From Burkholderiaceae bacterium (lineage in GTDB: Bacteria; Pseudomonadota; Gammaproteobacteria; Burkholderiales; Burkholderiaceae_D), in the NCBI GenBank assembly GCA_019745005.1, contig JAIETO010000001.1, positions 19,538 to 83,537 of the forward strand: 64,000 nt of DNA. The letters are read 5' to 3'. The stretch's first letter is position 1, and every line of letters begins with the position of its first letter. Shown here one piece after another: positions 10,033 through 19,302 of the stretch. A program made the translations under genes and the position numbers. The notes under the pieces are model-generated. The model made no database searches. It had not been told where the DNA came from and was given only the letters and a program-made list of their open reading frames with translations.

Positions 10033-10075
10033 ACTTCTTCAGTTGGTTCATCACTCTGTACACGGAAAGTCCTCT

Positions 10076-11044
10076 ATGACATTTGCACGACACCCTATTG
10101 CTTTGCTGCTCGCCGCCATGCTTAGCCAACTTGTCATTGGCAAAGTGAGCGATGCGGCAGAAGTAAAGCCGGTTTGCCAAGCCCAACAAGTGCAGCTACA
10201 AGTTTTGGGGTCGGGTGGGCCGGAGCTTACCGACGGGCGTGCATCGACTTCGTATTTGATTTGGGTGGATAAAAAAGCCCGTATTTTGGTGGACTTTGGT
10301 AGCGGGGCTGCGCTCAATTACGAAAAAGCCCGCGCTAATCCTGCTGATTTGCAGGCAGTGCTGTTTTCGCATTTTCACGTTGATCATACGGCGGATTTTC
10401 CCGCGCTCGTAAAGGGCTTGGGTTTCACCAAGTTCAACGATGAAATCCAAGTCTATGGCCCAACAAAAAACAACGGCTTCCCTGGCGTAAAAGAATTTCT
10501 TAGCGCACTGTTTGATCGCGAACATGGTGCCTACGCGTATTTAGCCAATGCCACCGACCCTGACGCCAGTAACCAATTCAAGATCGAAGCCAACGAAGTA
10601 CCGCCCACGGAGGGGCAAGTTGTTCGCTTTGAACTAGGTGACGATACCGTCTTAAAAGCGATTTCAATTCCGCACGGCGCGGCGCCCTCGCTGGCGTGGC
10701 GGGTTGAGACGCGTGGCTGCGCGCTCACATTTAGCGGCGACACCAGCAACAGCAATAAGGCGTTAGAGGTCTTGGCGAATGGCAGCGATCTCTTCCTTGC
10801 CCACAATGCCGCGCAGGAAAATGACAGTGATGCCGTGGCCCGCGAATTACACATGATGCCCAGTGAAATTGGGCGTATCGCCAAAGCAGCGACGGTAAAG
10901 CAAGTCGTTTTGTCCCATCGCATGTTGAGAACGCTAGGCAAAGAAAAAGAAACGCTGCAAGCGATACGTAAAAACTACGCAGGCAGCGTGCAATTTGCCA
11001 ACGATCTGCAAGTGTTTCGCTTGGGTGACGCGGTGAAGCATTAA
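10076..11044 (+). CDS. Secreted MBL-fold metallo-hydrolase (RNase Z/AtsA-like)
   Basis: Motifs VLGSGGP, SHFHVDH, FSGDT and LSH; signal peptide. Confidence 0.88.
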   Translation: MTFARHPIALLLAAMLSQLVIGKVSDAAEVKPVCQAQQVQLQVLGSGGPELTDGRASTSYLIWVDKKARILVDFGSGAALNYEKARANPADLQAVLFSHFHVDHTADFPALVKGLGFTKFNDEIQVYGPTKNNGFPGVKEFLSALFDREHGAYAYLANATDPDASNQFKIEANEVPPTEGQVVRFELGDDTVLKAISIPHGAAPSLAWRVETRGCALTFSGDTSNSNKALEVLANGSDLFLAHNAAQENDSDAVARELHMMPSEIGRIAKAATVKQVVLSHRMLRTLGKEKETLQAIRKNYAGSVQFANDLQVFRLGDAVKH

Positions 11045-11074
11045 TTTTTGGCGTTGATCAAAAAGCGTTTTCGT

Positions 11075-11100
11075 CGCAGAGACGCAGAGGGCGCAGAGAA
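11075..11100 (+). repeat. CGCAGAG x3 REP-like half-site
   Basis: CGCAGAGACGCAGAGGGCGCAGAG, related to the hairpin arms at 29442-29505. Confidence 0.45.
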
Positions 11101-11393
11101 AATTTCGCTTGTGTGCCGACTATTCTTCTTTGTCGTTGCGTTTTATTTTTCGAAACTTGTTGGTTCGATTCGGTTAAATTTATATACAGCACCCCGTATA
11201 TTTTTAATGCGCTTTAATTGAAAGCGCAAATGAGTATTTTCAATATATTTATGAGGGAGTATATAAATTTTCTCATGTCTAATTCCGTTTTTGAATAACC
11301 AATGCGCCGCTCGCTTTGTAATTTGACAAAAATGTAAGCACGGCTCCGATTTGGCGACTAAACTGTTTTAAAAATCACAAAATGGAGCGCGCC

Positions 11394-11864
11394 ATGATCA
11401 AGTTTTCCCTCCTCACCAAATCTCTACTTGCCGTAGGAAGCTTGGCAATTTCATTGAATGCATTCGCAATCAAACCTTTTTACGCCACAGAAGATGGGGC
11501 GATCAAGGGTTATGACCCTGTGGCTTATTTTGTCGACCATAAGGCGGTCAAGGGCGAGAAAAATCTTAGCTATGTTTGGCAAGAAACCACATGGTATTTT
11601 GCCAGCCAAGCGAACCTCAACGCATTCAAAGCAGAGCCGGAAAAATATGCGCCGCAATACGGTGGCTATTGTGCGTATGGGGTGTCGTTTGGATACGCTC
11701 CAGCGGTTGACCCAACGGCATACAGCATCGTCGATGGTAAGTTGTATCTGAATTACAGCCATAGCGTGTCGCAAAAATGGGAAAAAGAATCGTCTAAGTA
11801 CATCGACATCGCGAACCAAAAATGGCCTACGGTAAAAGCAGGCAACGTGACCGAAAAGAATTAA
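11394..11864 (+). CDS. Secreted YHS-domain protein (paralog 2)
   Basis: Motifs AIKGYDPVAYF, YAPQYGGYCAYG and IVDGKLYLNY; GGAG RBS. Confidence 0.88.
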   Translation: MIKFSLLTKSLLAVGSLAISLNAFAIKPFYATEDGAIKGYDPVAYFVDHKAVKGEKNLSYVWQETTWYFASQANLNAFKAEPEKYAPQYGGYCAYGVSFGYAPAVDPTAYSIVDGKLYLNYSHSVSQKWEKESSKYIDIANQKWPTVKAGNVTEKN

Positions 11865-11885
11865 TTCAACTAAAAGGTGCTTGAA

Positions 11886-12641
11886 ATGTTTGGCAAGTGG
11901 AAAAGAAGCCTCGTCGCAATCGTCGTCAGTGTTCTTGGAATGATGCAAGGCGCGCTCGCCGCAAGCGAGCCGCAAAATGTCAGCCTGAAAGCGGCCGATG
12001 GTGTCGCAATCCAGGGGAAATTTTATCAAGCTGATCAGCCAAAGGCGCTGATTCTTTTGTTCCATCAAGCGGGTTCCAATTACGCCGAATACAGCACGAT
12101 TGGGCCGCGTTTAGCACAAGAGGGTTTTAGCGCGTTGGCGATCGATCAGCGCTCTGGCGGAACTTTGTTTGGTCGTAGCAATGAAACCGTTAAAGCACTG
12201 GGACATAGCACCACGTATATTGACGCCGAACCTGACCTTGAAGCGGCGTTGGCGTGGGCTACAACGCAAAACTTGCCAATTGCAATCTGGGGAAGCAGTT
12301 ATTCTTCCGCTTTGGTTTTTTTGGTCGCAGCGAAACATCCAAATGAGGTGAAGGCCGTCTTGTCGTTCTCCCCAGGTGAATATTTGGGCAAACCCAGTCT
12401 AGTACGCGACGCAGCAGCGAAAGTGAGTGTGCCTATTTACATCACCTCGTCGAAAGATCAGGAGGAAATCAACAGCGCGGCAGCAATTCTTAAGGCATCA
12501 CCTGCGAAGCAAAAAACGCAATTCATTCCTAAAGTTGGCGGCGTGCACGGTTCGTCCACCTTGCGTACTGATCGCAATCTCAAGGGTAATCAGGAAAATT
12601 GGACTGCGGTCTTGGCTTTTTTGAAGGATGTTTTCAAATAA
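11886..12641 (+). CDS. Secreted alpha/beta hydrolase
   Basis: LLFHQAGS, AIDQRSGG, nucleophile elbow WGSSYS and GVHGS; signal peptide. Confidence 0.85.
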   Translation: MFGKWKRSLVAIVVSVLGMMQGALAASEPQNVSLKAADGVAIQGKFYQADQPKALILLFHQAGSNYAEYSTIGPRLAQEGFSALAIDQRSGGTLFGRSNETVKALGHSTTYIDAEPDLEAALAWATTQNLPIAIWGSSYSSALVFLVAAKHPNEVKAVLSFSPGEYLGKPSLVRDAAAKVSVPIYITSSKDQEEINSAAAILKASPAKQKTQFIPKVGGVHGSSTLRTDRNLKGNQENWTAVLAFLKDVFK

Positions 12642-12768
12642 ATTCTTGCTTTGAATGAGTGTTACCCACTTCTCGTTGGTCAACGAATTTGGGAGTAGTA
12701 TCGCGATATGGTTTGGCAATAATGTAGAGCAGACAGAGTCGATTTTTTCAATTAAATGAGGAATTGGT

Positions 12769-13524
12769 ATGTGTGGCTCAATTCAAAAACTGGCGGCGAC
12801 CAGCGCTTTGTTATTGACCATGGTGTCACATGGTCAGTTTGTTTACGCGCAAGCATTGCCAAGTCTAAAAATCGTAACTCTCGTCAACCCGGCGGAAAAG
12901 CCAGCACTGTTCTCCTTGTTTGAAAAAATCAACACGGAGATTTGCCGGCGCATGCACTATGCCTGTACGCTAAGCTACGCCCCACCTGCCCGTGCTGCGG
13001 CGATGGTGGAAACGGGCGAAATGGACGGCGAAAATTATCGTATCTTCGACTTCTTAAAAGATGGCCGCAATCCGCACCACGTGCGCGTGGATGCACCCCT
13101 TTACGTCGCAACATTTATGGCTTGGGGTAAACCCTTAGCGCCCAAAGTCAGCTCATGGCAAGATTTAATCGCCTTAGACCGCGATGTCATTTACCTCTTC
13201 GGTTCAAAAATTGTGGGCAATCGCATAGGCGAGGCGATGGGGAAAAAGTTACAGATTACCCACTCCGTTGAGTCAGGTCTCAACATGCTGATGGCAAATC
13301 GGGCGAGCTACTTTATTGGAACCGATGGCTTTAGCGTTGAGCACAAAATCAAAGAACTACAACTACAGAATGCCATTGTGAACCTAGGTGTCGTGGAAAA
13401 AGCCGACACCTATATGTACCTCAACGAAAAGCATGTTGCGCTTGTCCCCAAAATGAAAGAAGCAATCGAGCAAATGCGAAAAGACGGTATTTTGCAAAAT
13501 TTGCTGCATGAGGTGCAAAACTAA
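12769..13524 (+). CDS. Periplasmic substrate-binding protein (family 3-like), stand-alone
   Basis: Signal peptide, PPARA...GEMDG, and C-terminal IEQMRKDG. Confidence 0.75.
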   Translation: MCGSIQKLAATSALLLTMVSHGQFVYAQALPSLKIVTLVNPAEKPALFSLFEKINTEICRRMHYACTLSYAPPARAAAMVETGEMDGENYRIFDFLKDGRNPHHVRVDAPLYVATFMAWGKPLAPKVSSWQDLIALDRDVIYLFGSKIVGNRIGEAMGKKLQITHSVESGLNMLMANRASYFIGTDGFSVEHKIKELQLQNAIVNLGVVEKADTYMYLNEKHVALVPKMKEAIEQMRKDGILQNLLHEVQN

Positions 13525-13728
13525 GTTTTGGCTCTGCTAAGGTTTGGCTAAACATAAATTTATTCTTGATTGTCGATCGGAAATCGGTTGTAACGCCATG
13601 CATTGGTGCTATCCTGAATTGAGTTCCCGTTGAAGATCCAGAGGCAAAAAAATGTCAGATAGATCTGAAATTTGGAACTGCATGCCAACGCCCGTTGCCA
13701 TGTTTGCGGTAATCATTAGGAGCACATC

Positions 13729-13839
13729 ATGAGCAAAAGCCAAGACAGTAAAAAAGCGACGAAAAAAGAGCCGTTGAAATCGCCAAAAGAAAAGAAAGAG
13801 GCGAAAAACGCAAAAAAAGAGGCGATGAAGCGCCAATAA
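13729..13839 (+). CDS. 36-aa Lys-rich small protein (MSKSQDSKKATKKEPLKSPKEKKEAKNAKKEAMKRQ), not in the ORF track
   Basis: AGGAG RBS 6 nt upstream of ATG and a clean ORF ending in TAA. The overlapping antisense 113-aa ORF is Phe/Arg-rich, as expected for its shadow. Confidence 0.75.
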   Translation: MSKSQDSKKATKKEPLKSPKEKKEAKNAKKEAMKRQ

Positions 13840-14026
13840 GTTCGATTTGTTTCGTTCTACCTCTGCCCAAAATGCTGCCAGCAAATTAAAATGGAGATGC
13901 GTTTTGAAGTCTTGTGACGGGTGTGTCTGTTCTTGAAGGCGGCACATCAAACTGACTGCAAACGGCTTAAGTACTTAGCTGATTGATTGCTTTTCTGCTC
14001 CTTTTCCTTTTTTCTCCCCTCCCCTA

Positions 14027-17000
14027 ATGTTCCCTGTGTCCTCTCCCGTGAATCCTGATGATTCGCACGCTGCCGTTTGTTCGACTATTTTGCACGGCGA
14101 AACTCGCCTCGATTTTTTGCGTAATGAAACGCTCGCTGACCTGTTTGAGGCAAGCGCGCTGGCGACGCCTGAGCAACTTGCATTGGTTTTTCAGAGCGAA
14201 GAAATGACCTATGGCGCACTCAATCATGCGGCCGATGTGGCTGCTTCTGCGTTGATTAAGCAAGGTGCGTGTGCAGGAAAAATCATCGGCTTGTGGTTGC
14301 CGCGTGGGTTCAATTTGCTAATCATGCAGTTGGCGATTGCCAAAACGGGCGCAGCATGGTTGCCATTTGATGCGGATACGCCGCCAGAACGTATCGCAGT
14401 CTGCTTAGACGATGCGGCAGCAATTGGGTTGGTGAGCGATGCCGCATTTGAATCAATTTGCACGACTGCGTTTGTGCCCAAACAGCTAAAAGTATGGTTT
14501 GCACAGACCTTATTGAGCGCACCAGATTTACCCTTGTTACGACGCACGAACGGGCGGTCTGAGGACCCCGCATATGTGATTTACACCTCGGGTTCAACGG
14601 GCAAACCAAAAGGGATTGCGATTACCCAAGGAAGTATTTGCCACTTCTTGCGGAGTGAAAATAGCGTTTTAGGCGTTCGCGCAAAGGATCGCGTGTATCA
14701 AGGCTTCTCCGTCGCATTCGATATGTCTTTCGAGGAAATTTGGATTAGTTATTTAGTTGGCGCCTGTTTGTGGCTTGCGCCAAAAGAGATTGCGCTTGAC
14801 CCTGACGCGTTGCCAGTTGCCTTGCAAGAGAACCATGTGACCGTATTGCATGCCGTGCCGACTTTACTCGCCCTCTTCCAGCAGGATGTGCCTAGCCTGC
14901 GCATCATCAATTTGGGCGGCGAAATGTGCCCAGAAAATTTAGTGGCACGTTGGAAGACCGCCAATCGACAATTATTCAACACTTACGGCCCAACGGAAGC
15001 AACGGTGTCAGCAAGTTTAGCTGAACTGCAGATCGGGCAGCCTGTCACCATCGGCAAGCCACTGCCCAACTACAGTTTGCTCGTGATTGACGCTGAGGTG
15101 GAGCGGGGATTAAAACTGCTTCCGCGTGGCGAGATTGGTGAACTTTGCATTACGGGCCCAGGCATCGCGATTGGTTATTTAGGACGCCCCGATTTAACTG
15201 CGGAAAAATTCCTTGCTAACCCATGGCGTTCGGATGGGAAGGTCGATGATGCGCGCTTATACAGAACGGGCGATCTTGCGCGTATCGGTGAAGATGGCCA
15301 AGTGCAATGTTTAGGGCGTGCGGATGATCAAGTCAAAATACGTGGCTTTCGTGTTGAATTAGGTGAGATCGAAGCTGTTCTCGCGCGTCAAAATCAGGTT
15401 GGGACGGTGGCAGTTATTTTGCGACAAGAAAATAACATCGATCAGTTGATAGCGTTTGTCGTGCCAGAACACGCATTGAACACCGAGTTGCAAACCACTT
15501 TGTCGACCCAATTACGGCAGGCGCTAGCACTGCAACTGCCTTCCTACATGGTGCCGAATCGCATCGAATTTTTACCAGAAATGCCCCGACTAAGCTCCGG
15601 GAAAATTGATAGAAAATCGCTCAAAGCGCGCGAACTCGCGCCCCTAGCGAGCAATGCTGCGTCGGATGAACCAAGCAATGCGGCCGAGACATTGCTGTTT
15701 ACGGGCTTGCAAAAACTGTTTCCAGGGCAGGCGATTCGTCGTGAGCTTGATTTCTTTACCGACTTGGGCGGCCATTCTTTACTCGCTGCGCGCTTGGTGT
15801 CGGCGTTGCGCGCTGATCCAAGTTTCGCCTATTTCAAGATCAGTGATGTGTATCAAAATCGGCAGATCGGAAAAATTGCCGAAGCCTTGTTAAAAGCAAT
15901 TCCCCCGCAAGTTGAGTCCGCGCCGTGGACGCCTCCTCCCACTTGGAAACGCTGGTTGTGCGGGATGGCACAAGCCGTGGTTATTCCCTGCATGGTCGCC
16001 ATGCGCATGGTGCAATGGTTGGCACCATTTTTTGCCTATCATTTCTTTACGGGCGAGCCGGAAGATTCTATTCCTCGTGCCGTTGCGCTTTCTGTCGCTG
16101 CGTTTCTTTGTCTAACTTTGGCCGAATTTCTTGTGGCGATTGCGGCGAAATGGTTGATAGTCGGGCGCTTAAAGCCAGGGCGCTATCCGCTGTGGGGACT
16201 GACCTATTTTCGCTGGTGGGTGGCTGACCGCTTGATCGAAGCGGCGCCAGTCTACATGCTTAGTGGCTCGTCCTTGCATACGTGGTGGTTGCGTGCATTG
16301 GGCGCGAAGATCGGTCGTGATGTGAATATTGGTTCGATGAGCATACGTGTGCCTGATTTGCTAGAGATTGGCGATCGCGTCAGCACAGGTAATGCCTGTA
16401 GCTTTGAGAATGCACGGGTCGAACATGGTGAGCTGCGCCTAGGCAAAATTGTTCTAGCGGATGATGCCTGCATAGGCTCGTATGCCGTTTTAGAGGGCGG
16501 CGTGTCAGTTGGCAAGTTTGGTCATTTGGATGGGCAATCGGCGTTAAGCGAAGGACAGGTCATACCGGATGACCGTCGTTGGAGTGGTTCGCCCGCACGC
16601 GATGTTGGGGCATTTGATCGAAACAGCTTACCCCCTCGTCCTTTCGTCAGTGAATGGCGATTATTTGGTGAAGGGTGTTTCTTCTTAATGGGCAGTTTGG
16701 TGATTACGGCACTGTTTTTCCTTCCCGTTTTCCCAAGTTTTGTCACCATCGATTTGCTAGACGATGTATTCCCATGGATACAGGGAGACTCGATCCCATT
16801 GCAATTGCTTAAATATTTCGCTTTGGCTTTCCCTGCTACTACCGTTTTAATACTTCTGACAGCTTTGTTGTCAGCGGGTATTCGATGGGGAATTTTGCCA
16901 AAAATGAAGCCGGGGAGTTATGCCGTGCATACCAATGTGTATTGCAGTAAATGGCTGGTGAACCAAATTCAAGAAGCCAGCCTGAATGCCTTGCATGGTG

Positions 17001-18082
17001 TGTATGCAACTGTGTATGCCCCATTTTGGTATCGTCTGTTGGGCGCTAAAGTTGGAAAGGGCGCAGAAATTTCAACGGCTTTGGGCGTTGTGCCTGATAT
17101 GTTGACGCTAGGCGACGACACATTTATCGCTGATGCGGTGTTGCTAGGAGATGAGCAGATCGATGGCGGCTGGATGTCGGTGCAACCGACTGTCGTATCG
17201 CGCCGAAGTTTTGTGGGTAATTGGGCTTACATTCCTGATGGCACGGTATTGCCAGAGAATGTGTTGATTGGCGTTGTGTCTTCCGCCCCAGCCAACGAGC
17301 GTATCAAAAGTGGGGATACATGGTTGGGTTCCCCGCCCATTCATTTACCGGCACGAGAAGAAGTCAGTGGTTTTCCTGAACATTTGACGTTTAGGCCATC
17401 CATAGCGCGGCGTATTGCGCGCGGCTTGATTGAGTTATTTCGGATTATTGCGCCGCATGCCATGGTCATTGCCGTGGGTTATACCATTGTTCTAGACCTG
17501 ATGCCACTCGCCGCCGATGACCGCTGGTGGGAAGTGGTTTATTACCTTGTAATTGCGGGCTTGGCGTATGGCGTGGGTTGCTTTGCTTTTGTTTTGGTTT
17601 TGAAATGGGTCTTCATTTATAAGTACAAAAAAAGCAGTTCGCCGATGTGGACGCAATTTGTTTGGGTGTCTGAGGCCATTACCAATCTGTATGAAGGCAT
17701 CACCGTTCCTAACTTCATGCGATATTTGCGTGGCACACCGTGGTTACCGTTGGCGTTTAATTTGTTGGGTGCAAAAATTGGCCGAGGCGTTTACTTGGAT
17801 ACGACAGATATCACGGAATTTGATTGCGCGGAAATTGGTGAATACAGCGAACTAAACGCCCTCGCCTGCCCACAAACCCATTTATTCGAAGACCGCATCA
17901 TGAAGGTAGATATTGTGCGCATCGGCAAGCGGGTGTACTTGGGGCCGCGTTGTTCCGTGTTATACAGCGCCGAAGTGGCGGACGACGCCAAATTAGGCGC
18001 TTTAACCTTGGTGATGAAGGGCGAATTTATTCCCGCGCATTCAAGCTGGCGCGGTTGCCCGGCGGCCATTGCTGATCGGTAA
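14027..18082 (+). CDS. Pls/PosA-family membrane-bound single-module NRPS (poly-amino-acid synthetase-like)
   Basis: A domain (YTSGSTGKPKG, YGPTE, YRTGD, QVKIRGFRVELGEIE), T domain (DLGGHSLL), then three LGAKIG/LGAKVG beta-helix-type repeats separated by TM pairs, ending in QTHLFEDRIMK. No C or TE domain. Confidence 0.93.
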   Translation: MFPVSSPVNPDDSHAAVCSTILHGETRLDFLRNETLADLFEASALATPEQLALVFQSEEMTYGALNHAADVAASALIKQGACAGKIIGLWLPRGFNLLIMQLAIAKTGAAWLPFDADTPPERIAVCLDDAAAIGLVSDAAFESICTTAFVPKQLKVWFAQTLLSAPDLPLLRRTNGRSEDPAYVIYTSGSTGKPKGIAITQGSICHFLRSENSVLGVRAKDRVYQGFSVAFDMSFEEIWISYLVGACLWLAPKEIALDPDALPVALQENHVTVLHAVPTLLALFQQDVPSLRIINLGGEMCPENLVARWKTANRQLFNTYGPTEATVSASLAELQIGQPVTIGKPLPNYSLLVIDAEVERGLKLLPRGEIGELCITGPGIAIGYLGRPDLTAEKFLANPWRSDGKVDDARLYRTGDLARIGEDGQVQCLGRADDQVKIRGFRVELGEIEAVLARQNQVGTVAVILRQENNIDQLIAFVVPEHALNTELQTTLSTQLRQALALQLPSYMVPNRIEFLPEMPRLSSGKIDRKSLKARELAPLASNAASDEPSNAAETLLFTGLQKLFPGQAIRRELDFFTDLGGHSLLAARLVSALRADPSFAYFKISDVYQNRQIGKIAEALLKAIPPQVESAPWTPPPTWKRWLCGMAQAVVIPCMVAMRMVQWLAPFFAYHFFTGEPEDSIPRAVALSVAAFLCLTLAEFLVAIAAKWLIVGRLKPGRYPLWGLTYFRWWVADRLIEAAPVYMLSGSSLHTWWLRALGAKIGRDVNIGSMSIRVPDLLEIGDRVSTGNACSFENARVEHGELRLGKIVLADDACIGSYAVLEGGVSVGKFGHLDGQSALSEGQVIPDDRRWSGSPARDVGAFDRNSLPPRPFVSEWRLFGEGCFFLMGSLVITALFFLPVFPSFVTIDLLDDVFPWIQGDSIPLQLLKYFALAFPATTVLILLTALLSAGIRWGILPKMKPGSYAVHTNVYCSKWLVNQIQEASLNALHGVYATVYAPFWYRLLGAKVGKGAEISTALGVVPDMLTLGDDTFIADAVLLGDEQIDGGWMSVQPTVVSRRSFVGNWAYIPDGTVLPENVLIGVVSSAPANERIKSGDTWLGSPPIHLPAREEVSGFPEHLTFRPSIARRIARGLIELFRIIAPHAMVIAVGYTIVLDLMPLAADDRWWEVVYYLVIAGLAYGVGCFAFVLVLKWVFIYKYKKSSSPMWTQFVWVSEAITNLYEGITVPNFMRYLRGTPWLPLAFNLLGAKIGRGVYLDTTDITEFDCAEIGEYSELNALACPQTHLFEDRIMKVDIVRIGKRVYLGPRCSVLYSAEVADDAKLGALTLVMKGEFIPAHSSWRGCPAAIADR

Positions 18083-18105
18083 TCGGTTGGCTGAAGCATG
18101 ACTGA

Positions 18106-18205
18106 TTCCATTTCTAAATCAATCGTGTCGTTGTTGCCTTCGCCTTGCCGTGCGACAGCACTGTCTGCGGCTCGCCGCCTAGACACAATTGATTTGGAAA
18201 TGGAA
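18106..18205 (+). mobile_element. MITE family B, copy 1 (100 bp)
   Basis: Terminal inverted repeats TTCCATTTCTAAATCAAT / ATTGATTTGGAAATGGAA with 3-bp direct repeat TGA. Near-identical to 23676-23775. Confidence 0.88.
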
Positions 18206-18209
18206 TGAT

Positions 18210-18917
18210 ATGACGTTTCCCGTGTTTGATGCCGTCGCGCAGCGACAGCCAGCTTTGGCGCATTTTGCGGCAATGGGAATTGTGGTGCTGCAGTGCGCCA
18301 CAGATTTGGCTGAAAGTCGCGCAAATGTGCGGTCTCAAGTGCGCGAAGCCGCATGTGAGTTTTTAGCGGAGCGGTATCAAATACCAACGCAAAGCGTCAA
18401 CATTGTGAGCGCGGCAGGTACGCAACCAACTTGCCGTATTCAGTTCCCCGATTTGGCACCCAAAGTGCTTTTTATGTCGATTAGCCACGAGAAAGGTTTG
18501 TCGCTTGTTGGCTTGTCTGAAGAGGTGCCGGTGGGTGTTGATCTGCTTGTTGTCGGGGAAGATTTTGACTTCGAGGAACAACAAGCTGTGGCACAGCTTT
18601 ACTTCGGCGCTGCGGTCGCGGCTGACTTTGCGCATGCACGTGCACGGAGGCTGAATCATCATGATCTAAATCTGCCTCTTAAGCCGTATCCGAAGCAGCC
18701 TCTCAAGCAGCCTCTCAAGCAGCCTCTCAAGCAGATCGATACTTATGCGGAACAATTTGCCCTTCGCTGGGCACGCCTAGAAGCGCAATTGAAGTGCCAC
18801 GGTCTAGGCATTTGCGAATTTTCAGAACAGCGTGAGCAAGCGTTGAGCAAATGCAAGGCGTATAGACTTGATTTGCCATCGCCTTACCTAGGTGTTTGTG
18901 CTTTACAAATCGCTTAG
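18210..18917 (+). CDS. 4'-phosphopantetheinyl transferase (Sfp-like)
   Basis: Motifs MSISHE, PVGVDL and WARLEAQLKCHGLGI; adjacent to the NRPS. Confidence 0.82.
   Translation: MTFPVFDAVAQRQPALAHFAAMGIVVLQCATDLAESRANVRSQVREAACEFLAERYQIPTQSVNIVSAAGTQPTCRIQFPDLAPKVLFMSISHEKGLSLVGLSEEVPVGVDLLVVGEDFDFEEQQAVAQLYFGAAVAADFAHARARRLNHHDLNLPLKPYPKQPLKQPLKQPLKQIDTYAEQFALRWARLEAQLKCHGLGICEFSEQREQALSKCKAYRLDLPSPYLGVCALQIA
18693..18734 (+). repeat. In-frame 12-bp tandem repeat (AAGCAGCCTCTC, 3.5 copies; KQPL)
   Basis: Read directly inside the PPTase gene. Confidence 0.9.
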
Positions 18918-19106
18918 CATTTTTGGGTAAGTATTTTATATACTATTGCCTGTATATTTTTTATATGCCTTTAGATTAAGCGCATTACCAGCATAAATTA
19001 TAAAAAAATGAGGGGTATATGATTTTTCACCCTTTATGCCCGTCTCTCTCATCTTATCCAGCGCGGCACTTTGATTCAAAAAATAACGCTATTGCGCTTA
19101 CATTTA

Positions 19107-19302
19107 ACCCAGATATTCCATTGGGCGCGCTTACAGCGCTATTTGCGAGCTGGCGGCGCATTTTCGGTCATTTTCGCTGCCCATCGTTGGCCTTAGTTGC
19201 CAATAGCTCGCTATTGACGCCTCATTCGCAACGAAGCTGCTTCGAAGAGTGTCTCGAAAAGTGCATCCACCATCGTCGCAAATCCTAATGGAATATCTGG
19301 GT
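19107..19302. mobile_element. MITE-like element family C (196 bp, single copy in the window)
   Basis: Perfect 16-bp terminal inverted repeat ACCCAGATATTCCATT / AATGGAATATCTGGGT with TTA duplicated on both flanks; internal hairpin CAATAGC-TC-GCTATTG. Confidence 0.75.

Noticed and set aside
11280-11300. TAATTCCGTTTTTGAATAA resembling a MITE B end
   Set aside because: Short match in AT-rich DNA with no partner repeat or internal homology.
1478-11864. Selenocysteine recoding in the YHS or TlpA-like proteins
   Set aside because: All relevant positions are ordinary Cys codons and there is no in-frame TGA.
13609-13950. 113-aa minus-strand ORF
   Set aside because: Phe/Arg-rich antisense shadow of the Lys-rich small gene, which has the RBS.
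17791-18387. 198-aa minus-strand ORF across the NRPS/PPTase junction
   Set aside because: Antisense to two well-supported genes and spans MITE B.
19019-19288. 89-aa plus-strand ORF
   Set aside because: Mostly made of the MITE-like element C and has no protein-like features.
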